Positions 49,249-61,026 are shown, counted from the stretch's first letter. The stretch is DNA of 64,000 bases from Octopus sinensis (GCF_006345805.1 NC_043025.1:12524001-12588000); one strand, 5' to 3'. The notes: a model not told the origin generated them from the sequence alone. Translations and numbers: made by a program.

Positions 49249-52200
49249 TACACAGACATACATTATATAAATATATATATAATCCACTTAGGCATTGTGA
49301 GACTAATAACTGGGTATAGAATTCAATCTTCTTCTTCTTCTTCTTCTTCTTACAGCATCCACCCGGGGTGGGTTGAGCTGGCTTCATTCATCCTCAGTTT
49401 TGCATCTCTCACAAACGCCGACCAGTCCTGGCGATTTGAGGCTAACGACCGCGTGATCTCCAACCACTCCTTATTCCAGCGGCGAACGCCGTAGACATGG
49501 GGGCCTAGGTTGGGTTCCAGATCAGCCTTGACTGTCATCAGCCAGGTTTTTCGTTGTCCACCACATCGCTTTCACATGAATTCTACCACATGGTGGACAT
49601 GTGGTAGAATTCAAAACACATATGGTACAGAACACAATATTGTGTGTGAGTACGGAGTGGTAATAGAAAACAAAAAGATCATCATCATTATCATCATCAT
49701 CATCGCTTAGCGTCCACTTTCCATGCTGGCATGGGTTGGACAGTGCAACTGGGGTCTGGGAAGCCAGAAGGCTGCACCAGGCTCCAGTCTGATCTAGCAG
49801 TGTTTCTACAGCTGGATGCCCTTCCTAACGCCAACCACTCGGTGAGTGTAGTGGGTGCTTTTTACGTGCCACCAGCACGGAGGCCAGGTGTGGTTGGCAA
49901 ACGGCCATGATCGGATGGTGCTTTTTACGTGCCACCAGCACGGAGGCCAGTCGGGGCAACGCTGGCAACGGCCACATTCGGATGGTTCTCTTATGTGCCA
50001 CCGGCACTGGTATCACAGCTACAATTTCCATTTATGTTGATTGATTTTTTGATTTTTGATTTTTTGATTTTCAAAACCCAAATGTTATGGAATGAATTTA
50101 GTTGGGTACCAGGACAACACCCAATCGCTTCATCAGAGCCTTAAATATGAAGTACACTTTATTTGGCAGAGTTACATTTTCGGAACATGTAGAAAATTAA
50201 AATGAAATTTTGATTGAAGATTTTAATTTAGATCATTTTAAAATCGGGATGTTGTATCATAGAACCAGGGATAGTCTAGAGGTGGTGGGTACCGGAAGGG
50301 TTGAACCCCAATACCGATCACTGCAAAGCAGACTGCTTACCACACAGCCATCAAGAAATAGATTGTCAAATATATGTAATGAAATACTCACGTTCCTTGC
50401 CAACGTTTCCATCCACGATTTTTTTCTGAAATAAAACAAATATACAAACAGTTAAGAAGATATAAGGGTGGGGCGTAAGACAAGGTTTATCAGGTAATAT
50501 TTTCTCTCCCTTACTCTTTTACTTGTTTCAGTCATTTGACTGCGGCCATGCTGGAGCACCACCTTTAATCGAGCAACTCAATCCCGGGACTTATTCTTTG
50601 TAAGCCCAGTACTTATTCTATTGGTCTCTTTTGCCGAACTGCTAAGTGACGGGGACGTAAACACACCAGCATCGTTTGTCGAGCAATGCTAGGGGAACAA
50701 ACACAGACACACAAACACACACACTTATATATACATATATACGACGGGCTTCTTTCAGTTTCTGTCTACCAAATCCATTCACAAGGCATTGGTCGGCCCG
50801 GGGCTATAGCAGAAGACACTTGCCCAAGATGCCACGCAGTGGGACTGAACCCGGAACCATGTGGTTGGTTAGCAAGCTACTTACCACACACCCACTCCTG
50901 CTCTCTCTCACTCTCTTTTTAACATGCATTTTAGATGTTCCTGATGAGATAGTCATAGTGCTAGTTTTCTTTTAAAATAACTGAGACATCTTGGTTCAAG
51001 GTCAATTTTTCACTTAACTCTCATATTTTACGTGCTGGTGGCACGTAAAAAGCACCATCCGATTGTGGCCGTTGCCAGCCTTGTCTGGCTCCTGTGCCGG
51101 TGGCACGTAAAAAGCACCATCTGACCGTGGCCGTTGCCAGCCTCGCCTGGCACCTGTGCATGTGGCACGTAAAAAACACCATTTTGAGCGTAGCCGTTGC
51201 CAGTAAAGCTGGACTGGTCCTCATGCCAGTGGCACGTTACACTCACGGAGTGGTTGGCGTTAGGAAGGGCATCCAGCTGTAGAAACCTTGCCAGATCAGA
51301 TTGGAGCCTGGTGCAGCCTCCTGGCTTCCCAGACCCCAGTTGAACCGTCCAACCCATGCTAGCATGGAAAACGGACGTTAAACGATGATGATGATGATGA
51401 TGATGATTACTGACTTTACATATTTTGATCCGATATTTTTACTGAACCAAATTTCAATTATTCCACCTCCAAATCTAGCTTAGGACTGGACCGTCATTAC
51501 TAGACAGATTCCATTCAATTTGGTTGAGAACCGAATTAGTGATGAAGCCTAGAAGTGCTTCTGAGTAACTGAATGTTGACCTTAAGAACATACTCACCCA
51601 CTGCTATTGGTGAATGATACACACACACACAGATACACACACACAGACAACACACACACACACACACACACAGACACACACACAGACACACACACACAGA
51701 CACACACACACACACACAGACACACACAGACACACACACAGACACAGACACAGACACACACAGACACAGACACAGACACACACACACACACACACAGACA
51801 CACACACACAGACACACACACACAGACACACACACACACAGACACAGACACACACACACAGACACACATACACACACACTCCGAAAAGCTCTATCTGCAA
51901 TGATTTCATCTCAATCGAAGGAGAGGGGCTTTCTCCGTCCGGGTTGCGGATCCGTGGAATAAGCTACCGGACGAGATGGTGAAGATGCCAACGACCGCTC
52001 AATTCAAAGTCTCTCTTGACCAGAAATGGCCTGAACTCTTTGCATGAACACCCTCCCTGTACATGACTCCATGTCCCCCTACATGGCCTTGCTTTTTGCT
52101 TTTTGAGCCAAAAAATTAATTAACTAACTAACTAACATATGTTGATGTTTATAGATATGTATATACATCTACTTATGTATGTATGCATGTATGTACGTCT

Positions 52201-53277
52201 GTATCTATCTATCTGTTTGTCTTCCTATGTATGTATCTATCTATCTAACTACCTATCTATCTACCTAACTATCTATCTATCTACCTACCTACCTATCTAT
52301 CTACATATCTCCGTCCGGGTTGCGGATCCGTGGAATAAGCTGCCGGACGAGATAGTGAAGATGCCGACGACCGCTCGGTTCAAAGTCTCCCTTGACCACA
52401 AGTGGCCTGAACTCTTTGCATGAACACCCTCCCCGTACATAACTCCATGTCCCCCTACGTGGCCTTGCTTTAACACACACACACATTACTGGCAGAAAGA
52501 GACATAGACTTGGAGTCTTGGAGATACTTACAGTTCTGTGAACATTCTGGGTCATTTGTTTGTATTCTCTGTTTTCGGCCTCTCTCCTCAGTCTTTGAAC
52601 TCTGACCTCCAGCTCTGCACTCTAGACACACAGACAGACAAAGAGACAGTAAGCCGCAACAAAACAAACTGAAAGTAAATATCCAGTAACTAGAGAAAGG
52701 TGTGGAGTTCAAAATTGGCAAAGAAACTGAAAGTAGGGGTCTGTTCTTCCATACGGGGCTGAAACATGATGGACGCTCACTAAAGCATTGAAGAAGCAGT
52801 TGGATGGTTGTTATCCGAGGATGCTTAGAAATGGCACTCAGTGTCTCCTGGAAGAGTCAGACAACAAACGCTGACTTGTACCAGGGACTGCCAAAGGTAA
52901 CATTGAAGATATAGCAGAGAAAGATGAGGCTAGCTGGATGCTGCGTCAGACATACTGATGAAATTGCTAACAAGCTGGTGCTATGGCAACCAACGGAAGG
53001 AAGAACCAAGAGAGGAAGGAGGAAGATGGCCTGTATTGACAACTTGCTGGAGGATAATGGTATGGAAAGGAGTACAGGAGCTGAGGATCATTATGAAAGA
53101 TTGAGATAAGTGGGGAAATAGTTTTGGGGTGTCCTGAGGGACGACCTAGATAGATTGGATGGATGGATGGATAGACAGACAGACAGATAGATAGAAAGAA
53201 GGATGGATGGATGAATGAATGGATGGATGGATAGATAGGTAGATGGATGGATGGATGGATGGATGGATGGATGGATG

Positions 53278-53330
<53 letters not shown>

Positions 53331-53729
53331 GTAGGTAGGTAGGTAGATAGGTAGATAGATAGATAGGTAGGTAAATAGATAGGTAGGTAGATAGAAAGAA
53401 GGATGGATGGATAGATAGATAGAAGAGAGAATACATAATGATGGAAGGTGCCTAGTGACTGAGGTACACAACAGAGTCACAAGGTACCTGACCAGTACTA
53501 CGAGGTACCTGAGCATGAAAAAGGGATGTTAAATGATGATGATGAAAGAATGGATGATGACAGTCACAAGAAAACTACCTCTGATCATATTTGCGATTCA
53601 ACCAAGATTCACCTGGGGCTAAACAACCCTCTACATCAAAAAGGCTTACCCTTTGAGGAGGTTCATATTTCTGTAAGTGCAATTCGGAGTCTGTTATCAT
53701 TTCGTGAATATAAAGAGGTTCTGTTCTCT
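46138..53729 (-). CDS. TMEM199: TMEM199 / VMA12 (V-ATPase assembly factor) orthologue, 5'-incomplete: 5 exons, 401 nt
   Basis: Joined peptide [132 protein letters not shown] aligns by eye to recalled human YLHELLEGSEIYLP..PPR|NPELVARLEK..NEEYKRITRNV..LGKQV..IFNFIVTV..AELY. Two TM segments; all junctions GT-AG and in phase. Confidence 0.88.
46912..47411. mobile_element. piggyBac-like MITE containing 4 x 108-bp tandem
   Basis: CCCTTTAGC..GCTAAAGGG ends; units at ~46934, 47042, 47150, 47258; family relics at 2028-2730, 24820-24926, 62810-62915. Confidence 0.75.
48015..48340 (+). repeat. (TG/TCTG)n tract plus ~35-bp flanking motif
   Basis: Inverted partner at 51585-51880. Confidence 0.9.
48491..48609 (-). 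CDS. TMEM199: TMEM199 provisional exon 5
   Basis: [39 protein letters not shown]; tttcag / gtaagt. Confidence 0.88.
49340..49575 (-). mobile_element. RTE LINE 3' fragment with (GAA)n tail
   Basis: [47 protein letters not shown]. Confidence 0.75.
50392..50425 (-). CDS. TMEM199: TMEM199 provisional exon 4 (34 nt)
   Basis: [11 protein letters not shown](L); tttcag / gtgagt; phase 0-1 fits both neighbours. Confidence 0.75.
51585..51880 (-). repeat. (CA/CAGA)n tract plus the same flanking motif, inverted
   Basis: Reverse complement gtgtgtgtatcattcaccaatagcagtgggt..atgttct vs 48301 tgtgtgtatcatgcacccacagtagtgggtatgttct. Confidence 0.9.
52532..52621 (-). CDS. TMEM199: TMEM199 provisional exon 3
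   Basis: [30 protein letters not shown]; ctag / gtaagt. Confidence 0.87.
52735..53110 (+). mobile_element. Degenerate RTE LINE fragment
   Basis: [43 protein letters not shown]. Confidence 0.78.
53650..53729 (-). CDS. TMEM199: TMEM199 provisional exon 2
   Basis: [26 protein letters not shown]; tttcag / gtaagc; needs an upstream exon ending in phase 1. Confidence 0.82.
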
Positions 53730-54079
53730 CTGAAAGGTCAAAATGAAAGATGAGGAGAAGGGTGAGGAAAAAAGAAAGAAAAAAAGAAAGAAAGAATAAA
53801 TAGGCAGGGCTTGTGGTAAGAAGTTTGTCTTCTAGGTTCAGTCCCACTTTGTAACACCTTGGGCAAGTGTCTTCTATTATAATTTTGGGCTGACCAAAGC
53901 CCTGTGAGTAGATATGGTAGATGGAAAATGAAAGAAGCCCACCTTATAAATATATATATATGTGTGTCCAATATATATATATATATCATCATCATCGTTT
54001 AATGTCCAATGATGATGATGATGATGATATATATATTGGACACATATATACATATATATATAAGGTGGATATATATATA

Positions 54080-54887
54080 TTGTCCGATTTTTAAAGGAAA
54101 GGAAAAGGTCAATAAATACTTGTAATTACATTTTTAATCAACCAAATATGAACCATTTTGTTGCACAATGCATCTCCATCTTTCTTTTATCTTGAAAATA
54201 CCCTCTTCCCAGATTTGAGGTGGTTTCATGGCAAAGAATTCATCAAGGTATCTTTTTACGTCATCGAAGGAATTGAAATTTTTACCATTAAGATTATTCT
54301 GCAGAGACCTGAATAAGTGGAAATCCGAAGGAGCAATATCTGGTGAATATGGAGGGTGGGGTAACACATCCCAGCCAAGCTGCAGCAATTCTTGTCTGGG
54401 TCCCAAAGTATCAAGTGCCGAAAATGAACTTTCGGTACTTAAAATCTTCCATTTTAAAGGGTTACAGAATTAACACAGGTTTTAGGAACATAAACCTTCT
54501 TCCACGAAAAGATAGCTTAAACTGTGCTCTAAATGGAGGTGGAGTCAAATCCTATTTTATGGACTCAACCATGGTCTAAAATAAGTCGAAAGGTAAGCTA
54601 CTATAAATCGGCACGGACTTTCCGGACATCCCAGCCGAGCTGCAGCAATTTTTGTCTGGTTCCCAAAGCATCAAATGCCGATAATGAATTTTTCTCATCT
54701 TTTAATTTAAAGGGTTACAGAATTAACACAGGTTATAGGAACATAAACCTTCTTCCACGAAAAGATAGCTTAAACTGTGCTCTAAATGGAGGTGGAGTCA
54801 AATCCTATTTTATGGACTCAACCATGGTCTAAAATAAGTCGAAAGGTAAGCTACTATAAATCGGCACAAACTTTCCGGACAACCCAA
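54080..54887 (-). mobile_element. Same deleted mariner, 2-unit copy with transposase C-terminus
   Basis: ORF 54134-54406 [24 protein letters not shown]; left TIR at ~54860-54887 with TA; right TIR internally deleted. Confidence 0.9.
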
Positions 54888-55499
54888 TACAAGGCTTTCT
54901 TTTCGTAAGTTCTAAGTTAGCCTGGTGGTTGAAAAAATTGGGAATGAATGCCATACGTGATGTATGGACACCAGGGTAGTATATTTTGCGTATCACATGT
55001 ATTACCGATGCCCATACAAAGCATTTTCGTAAATTTGTCCTCTGTGTTCTTGCTTGTTTTCAGGCTTTTGGTTCACACGTTTCACACAGGCGTTGACAAG
55101 TGACTGAGGCTTTTGGTGATTTACTGTGCCTGAGAAGACATCCAGCGAAGTGAAATTGGGCTTCATATATTTTACCCCTGTGATGCTTTGATGGCATGCA
55201 CTTCTCTCTCACTCAATAATAATACTGATAATAATAATAATAATTCTTGTTGTGCTTCATTGTGATTATCGTCATCATCATCATCATCATTATTATTATG
55301 TGCTGGTGACACATGAAAGGCACCCATGTCAGTGAGACGCAAAAGGAACCCGTGCTGGTGACAGGTAAAAGACACCCTGTACACGCTAAGGAGTGGTTGG
55401 CGTTAGGAAGGGCACCCAACCATAGAAACCAAGGTAGAACAGACTGGAGCCTGGTACAGCTCTTTGGCTTATCTTAGTTAGTTAGTTAGTTAATTTTTT

Positions 55500-56290
55500 G
55501 GCTCAAAAAGCAAAAAGCAAGGCCATGTAGGGGGACATGGAGTTATGTACAGGGTGGTGTTCATGTAAAGAGTTCAGGCCACATGTGATCAAGAGAGAGA
55601 CTTTGAACCGAGTGGTCGTTGGCATCTTCACTATCTCGTCCGGCAGCTTATCGCACGGATCCGCAACCCGGACGGAGAAAGCCCCTCTCCTTCGATTGAG
55701 ATGAAATCGTCGTAGATAGAGCTTTATATATATATTCAATTCAATTCAATTTTTATTGGCTCAAAAAGCAAAAAGCAAGGCCATGTAGGGGGACATGGAG
55801 TTATGTACAGGGTGGTGTTCATGTAAAGAGTTCAGGCCACATGGGATCAAGAGAGAGACTTCGAACCGAGCGGTCGTCGGCATCTTCACTATCTCATCCA
55901 GCAGCTTATCCCACGGATCTGCAACCCGGACGGAGAAAGCCCCTCTCCTTCGATTGAGATGAAATCGTCGTAGATAGAGCTTTATATATATATTCAATTC
56001 AATTCAATTTTTATTGGCTCAAAAAGCAAAAAGCAAGGCCATGTAGGGGGACATGGAGTTAAGTACAGGGTGGTGTTCATGTAAAGAGTTCAGGCCACTT
56101 GTGGTCAAGGGAGACTTTGAACCGAGCGGTCGTCGGCATCTTCACCATCTCATCCGGCAGCTTATCCCACGGATCCACAACCCGGATGGAGAAAGCCCCT
56201 CTCCTTCGATTGAGATGAAATCGTCGCAGATAGAGCTTTTCGGAGCGACCCCGCAGCCGACGCTCTGGAGCAGGAGTGAAGAACAGCTCT
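55500..56290 (-). repeat. 3 x 258-bp tandem of another CR1-type LINE 3' end
   Basis: [32 protein letters not shown]; units at 55500, 55758, 56017; + strand copies at 51880-52130 and 52308-52470. Confidence 0.85.
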
Positions 56291-56684
56291 TTCGAGAGGT
56301 TACACTTTCCGCTTATGATTTCAGTTAAACCGTCTAACCTATACCATCATGGAAAACAGATGCTAGATGATGCTGATGGCGATGAAGAACAGCAGAAGGA
56401 AAATAAAGCTTTCCTTTCCTCAGTAACCAAGTTACTTTGGTAGTTGAAAAAAGGAATGTTCTCAAGAAAATTTTCTTGAGAACATTCCTTTCTTAGTGGT
56501 AAGACCATAGCGGATCTACTTCTAGCATATGGATGTCCACGTAGTGGTCACCCCTCTTATATGTATGTAATATAATTTTTGACGTATCTTGAGATTTTAA
56601 AATGCCAAACCACTTTTGGTTTTAAATTGATATTAATCAAATTAATATTCAATTTTTCACCCTTATTTTAAATTTATATATATA

Positions 56685-57091
56685 CTAGCAGTATCGCCCG
56701 GTGTTGCTCGGGTTTGTTTCGACCCTTTTAGAATTGGAATTTTGAAAAGTAAAAAATTTTGCATTATGTAGCTTGTTATTCTCTTTAAGTGAACATTTTT
56801 CTGGTTGAAATACACCGAAAAATGGAGACACAGCAGTCAAAGAATCGTAAAAAAATAGGGATTTTCATAGAAAAAAAAGCACCTTTTTGATGTAAATAAT
56901 TTTTGGTGTTAACATGGTCCGATTTGAATTTTTTCTTATACGGAAGGAAGAGCAAGCCTTCTTCTATCATACTCTGAATTTTGGTCAACTTGTGCCGCAG
57001 GGTCTCGGAGGAGATAGTGTTTGTTGAAGGCTACCAAACCTGCCATACACAGACAACTTCAGCTTTATATATATATGTATATATATATAGA
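56685..57091 (-). mobile_element. Non-autonomous Helitron, related ends but different body
   Basis: Reverse-strand 3' end ctagcagtatcgcccggtgttgctcggg; 5' end eroded into (TA)n; related 5' fragment at ~43190-43251. Confidence 0.65.
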
Positions 57092-57654
57092 GAGAGAGAC
57101 TTTTACTTTAAGAAAAATATTAAATTCAGGTATAGTCATGGCTATAGTTTCAAGTTCAGTCCCACTGCATGGCACCTTGGGTAAGTGTCTTTCTGCTATA
57201 GTCTTGGGCTGACCAAAGCATTGTGAATACATTTGGCAGGTGGAAACTGAAAGAAGCCCATCATATATATATTTATGTATATATGTGTGTGTGTGTGTCT
57301 CTGTGTCTGTGTTTGTCCCCCGCCACTGATTGACAACCAGTGTTGGTGTGTTTATGTCCCGGTAACTTAGCGGTTCAGCAAAAGTGACTGATGGAATAAG
57401 TACTAGGCTTAAAAGGAGAATGAATTCTTCAAGGCGGTGCCCCAGCATGGGCGCAGACTAACGACTGAAAATAAGTGAAAGATAACAAAAAAAAATAAAT
57501 AATAAATAACAAAAACAAAAATAAAATTCCAAGTTTTCATTAGGTTTTTCAAAATATCAAAACATCCGGAAACAACAACAAAAGAATATAAATAATGTCT
57601 GTCTTGTATTCGTATCCAGGATGTAGAAATCTGTTCCAATCTTTGTCACTTTGC

Positions 57655-58333
57655 TTTATCGACCCCCTAAAGGGACGAAAGGAAATGTTGACCCCTATGG
57701 GTTTAGAACCCAGATTGTAAGAGCTTGGATTTAAATACTAAAAGAGTTATTCTGTACAACGATGTACCGATTCTGTTATTCCCTCCTTTACTTTATCGAC
57801 CCCCTAAAGGGACAAAAGGAAAAGTTGACCCCTATGGGTTTAGAACCCAGATTGTAAGAGTTTGGATTTAAATACTAAAAGAGTTATTCTGTACAACGAT
57901 GTACCGATTCTGTAATTCCCCCCTTTACTTTATCGACCCCCTAAAGGGACGAAAGGAAATGTTGACCCCTATGGGTTTAGAACCCAGATTGTAAGAGCTT
58001 GGATTTAAATACTAGAAAAGTTATTCTGTACAACGATGTACCGATTCTGTTATTCCCTCCTTTACTTTATCGACCCCCTAAAGGGACAAAAGGAAAAGTT
58101 GACCCCTATGGGTTTAGAACCCAGATTGTAAGAGCTTGGATTTAAATACTAGAAAAGTTATTCTGTACAACGATGTACCGATTCTGTTATTCCCTCCTTT
58201 ACTTTATCAACCCCCTAAAGGGACGAAAGGAAATGTTGACCCCCTATGGGTTTAGAACCCAGATTGTAAGAGTTTGGATTTAAATACTAAAAGAGTTATT
58301 TTTGTACAATGATCTACTGATTCTGTCCTTCCC
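57655..58333. repeat. 5 x 137-bp tandem immediately 3' of the TBCK stop codon
   Basis: gaccccctaaagggac anchors at 57661, 57798, 57935, 58072, 58209; resembles SINE-B sequence (tcgacccc..aaagg..gttgacc). Confidence 0.88.
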
Positions 58334-58354
58334 TCATCACAGCGTTGGTGATTT

Positions 58355-61026
58355 TTAAATATCCGCAGGTGGCACTGTTAACAGGCCTGTAGGTTTTAGC
58401 ACATCAATTCCATGATGCAGCGTAGAAACACGAGGGCAGCCGAGGGCAACAAGGGAATTTGCAAACTCCGACATTGTCTTTATAAGGGTTCCGATGACCA
58501 CTTTGACCTGTAACCGATGGTTGGTGAGGATCTGCGCCATTTGGGTCGACATCAGGGTTCCGTCAGCATTGAAAGCATTATGGAAAGGAATGTTAATGCT
58601 CCCTGGTACGGTGCCCCGCTTGAAGTCCTCTGCAGATCTTATGTCGATAATCAGCAGTTTGGGTTTTGCTGTTGGACTCCTTGAAACCGAAGCCGTTCTC
58701 AGCTCCCCGAGATCTATCAAGTCTTCAGCCGATATTCTTGGACACTTCTCGAGTTTCAGTTCTTCGATTGGAATGTTGTCTTTTGAGAGTTCATTGGTCT
58801 GTGGGTTGTTATACTCTTTGGTGTAATAGGATGTGCTTGTTCGAGTGTGTGGCCACACGGACTTTTTGGACACGTGTGCATGCTGACGGAACGTTGCACT
58901 TTTTGGTGTGCTGCAGAAAATTTTGATGGAATCTTGGACGCATTTTTCAATATCGATTTCCGGCATATCGGAGAAGAGGAGGATGCAATCGTTAAAGCCA
59001 TATGCCAGAAGTCTATCGCGGAGCTGGTGTAAAATAGCAACGCCGATACACAACGGGAAAGACGAGTTGCCAAGCAACAAAGTGTCCCAGAGGTGAACAA
59101 TTTTGTGCAGAGGAAATACATGGGCATACATCGTTAAGAACCAAGGAATTGCATACAGATCCGGGATAAAGCCAATGGCATCAAGATGGTTACTTAATTC
59201 AGGATCGTGGTAGGCAACCAGGTGGGAGAATACAGCCAGGTATTCCTGGATGACAGGTGAGTTATCCTTCAGGAAAAATTTATTCAGGTATTTTGGTATA
59301 AAAGCATCCAGGCAGGCAAAAGCTAGGGCTTCGTTATTGAAGTTCAGGCCAAGAAGGGAGCACACAAGGAATCAAGTCCTTGCCAATAGACGTACTCCGT
59401 GTGGCTGATGATCCAGGCTTTTAAAATTCGTTTGAATTTTTTATGGGCTTCAGGTGATGACAGTAACTCGTGATACTGATGACAACGTGGTATGTCTACT
59501 TCGATCTGTCGGTCAGTTGGTGTAGGGGTCTCTTTATCAATGGAATCGTAACGAACTTGGATGTCGCCTTCAACCTCGAGCAGTGCCGCCCACACCTGAG
59601 CTCGGTACAAAGGAGGTGTATCGACTCTGGCTTCTCTCCAGATATGGGCTTTTTTGAATGGATAGCCCAACAGTAAGCGTTCGTAGAGAATGATACGGTG
59701 AAACTGGTACTCCACGTCTTTCTCTCGAATGATGAGAGGTAACGTAGCTGCCTGAGAGAGGTCACCACTGCTGGGAGACGTCGGTAGACCCCTGAGCATC
59801 TCTTTCTCATCTTCTAATAAGGGGTAGTAAAATGCATCTCCAATATCCTTCAGTCTATTTCTAAGCTGTTCCTGCGACAACGCTATCATGGTGTTGTCCA
59901 AAAGTTCAGACTGGTCGCGCTTTTGACCAAACCATTCGCCAGTGTTCAAAATAAAGCAAGGTAAAAGAGTAACCGGCGGTCTCGATTTGATCAAGCCAGC
60001 CCGCTTAAGAACAGACTCAAGGTCACCCCCAGCCAGCCTCCACAGGTAATACACTTCTTCCATCGTCCGCTGAGAGAGGTTGTCGACTTTTCTCATCAAT
60101 GCTATCTGACCTTCAGTGGGGAGCTCCAAATGCTTCAAGTCGATTCTACTGGAAAAGAACTGGATCCCGTTCAGGTAAGGAATTCCCCGGGGTATTTTCG
60201 ATGCAAAAGCTTTATGCTGAAGCAATTCCGAAGAGGACAGGCGATTGATAGGGCTCACTGTGAGACATTTTCTTAACAGGTCGACTGTCTCAGGAGAGAG
60301 TGTCTTCACAACATCTTCTAATTTATTGTCCTTCAGGATTATATCCATGGGTTCGTATTCGGAATTGACGAAGGCCAAAATTTTACTGATGGCCTGCTGT
60401 AGAGTTGCCGTCGCCCACAGTTGACGACCAACAAATGCCTCCAGCAGGACAAGACCCAGGGACCAAATATCGACTTTCGGTCCTAAATTAAGTTGCACGA
60501 CAGCATTACTGAATTCATCGACCACTACGGGGCCACAACAGATGACTTCGGGTGCCATATAACGGACCAGGCCGAGCGGGTAGGCAACGTTCTGTCCCCA
60601 TTCGGTCATATAGTTCATACCGTACTTTGAAATTTTCACATTGCCTTCATTATCAAACAGAATCGTATCGGGGCACAAGTTTTTGACAATAATGTTTTTC
60701 TTACTCAGATAATCCAGTCCTTCGATGATGTCAAAAGCCATTTTCAGCAAATCCGCTTCGTTCATAGGTACTTGGTCCTTCATCCGCTGGCTCAGGTTGC
60801 TTTTGTAGTGTTCGGCGACAACAATCAGCCGTTCGTGCTTGCCGCGGGATATATGTATGTATTTGCAGAGGCTGGGGTGTCCCAGCGTAGTCAAATGCTG
60901 GAATTTGCCGAGGATCTTGATGGAGTTGGGTGTTAAGGGCAGGCCGTTTGCACCGCATTTGTCGTTCGGATGACAAGAGGCGAAAAACGTCGTCACGCTA
61001 AACTCGGCTTCGCCAACCTTTGACAT
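58355..61026 (-). CDS. TBCK: TBCK (pseudokinase-TBC-rhodanese), single-exon, ~890 aa, with one 1-nt frameshift at 59347-59348
   Basis: [33 protein letters not shown]; pseudokinase (VKN for HRD, KYG for DFG); TBC fingers IEVDIPR and YWQG; rhodanese [17 protein letters not shown]; ends LLTVPPADI*. The two track ORFs (59344-61176, 58355-59365) join into one CDS if one base is restored (CAPFL[10 protein letters not shown]). ATG at 61024-61026. Confidence 0.93.
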
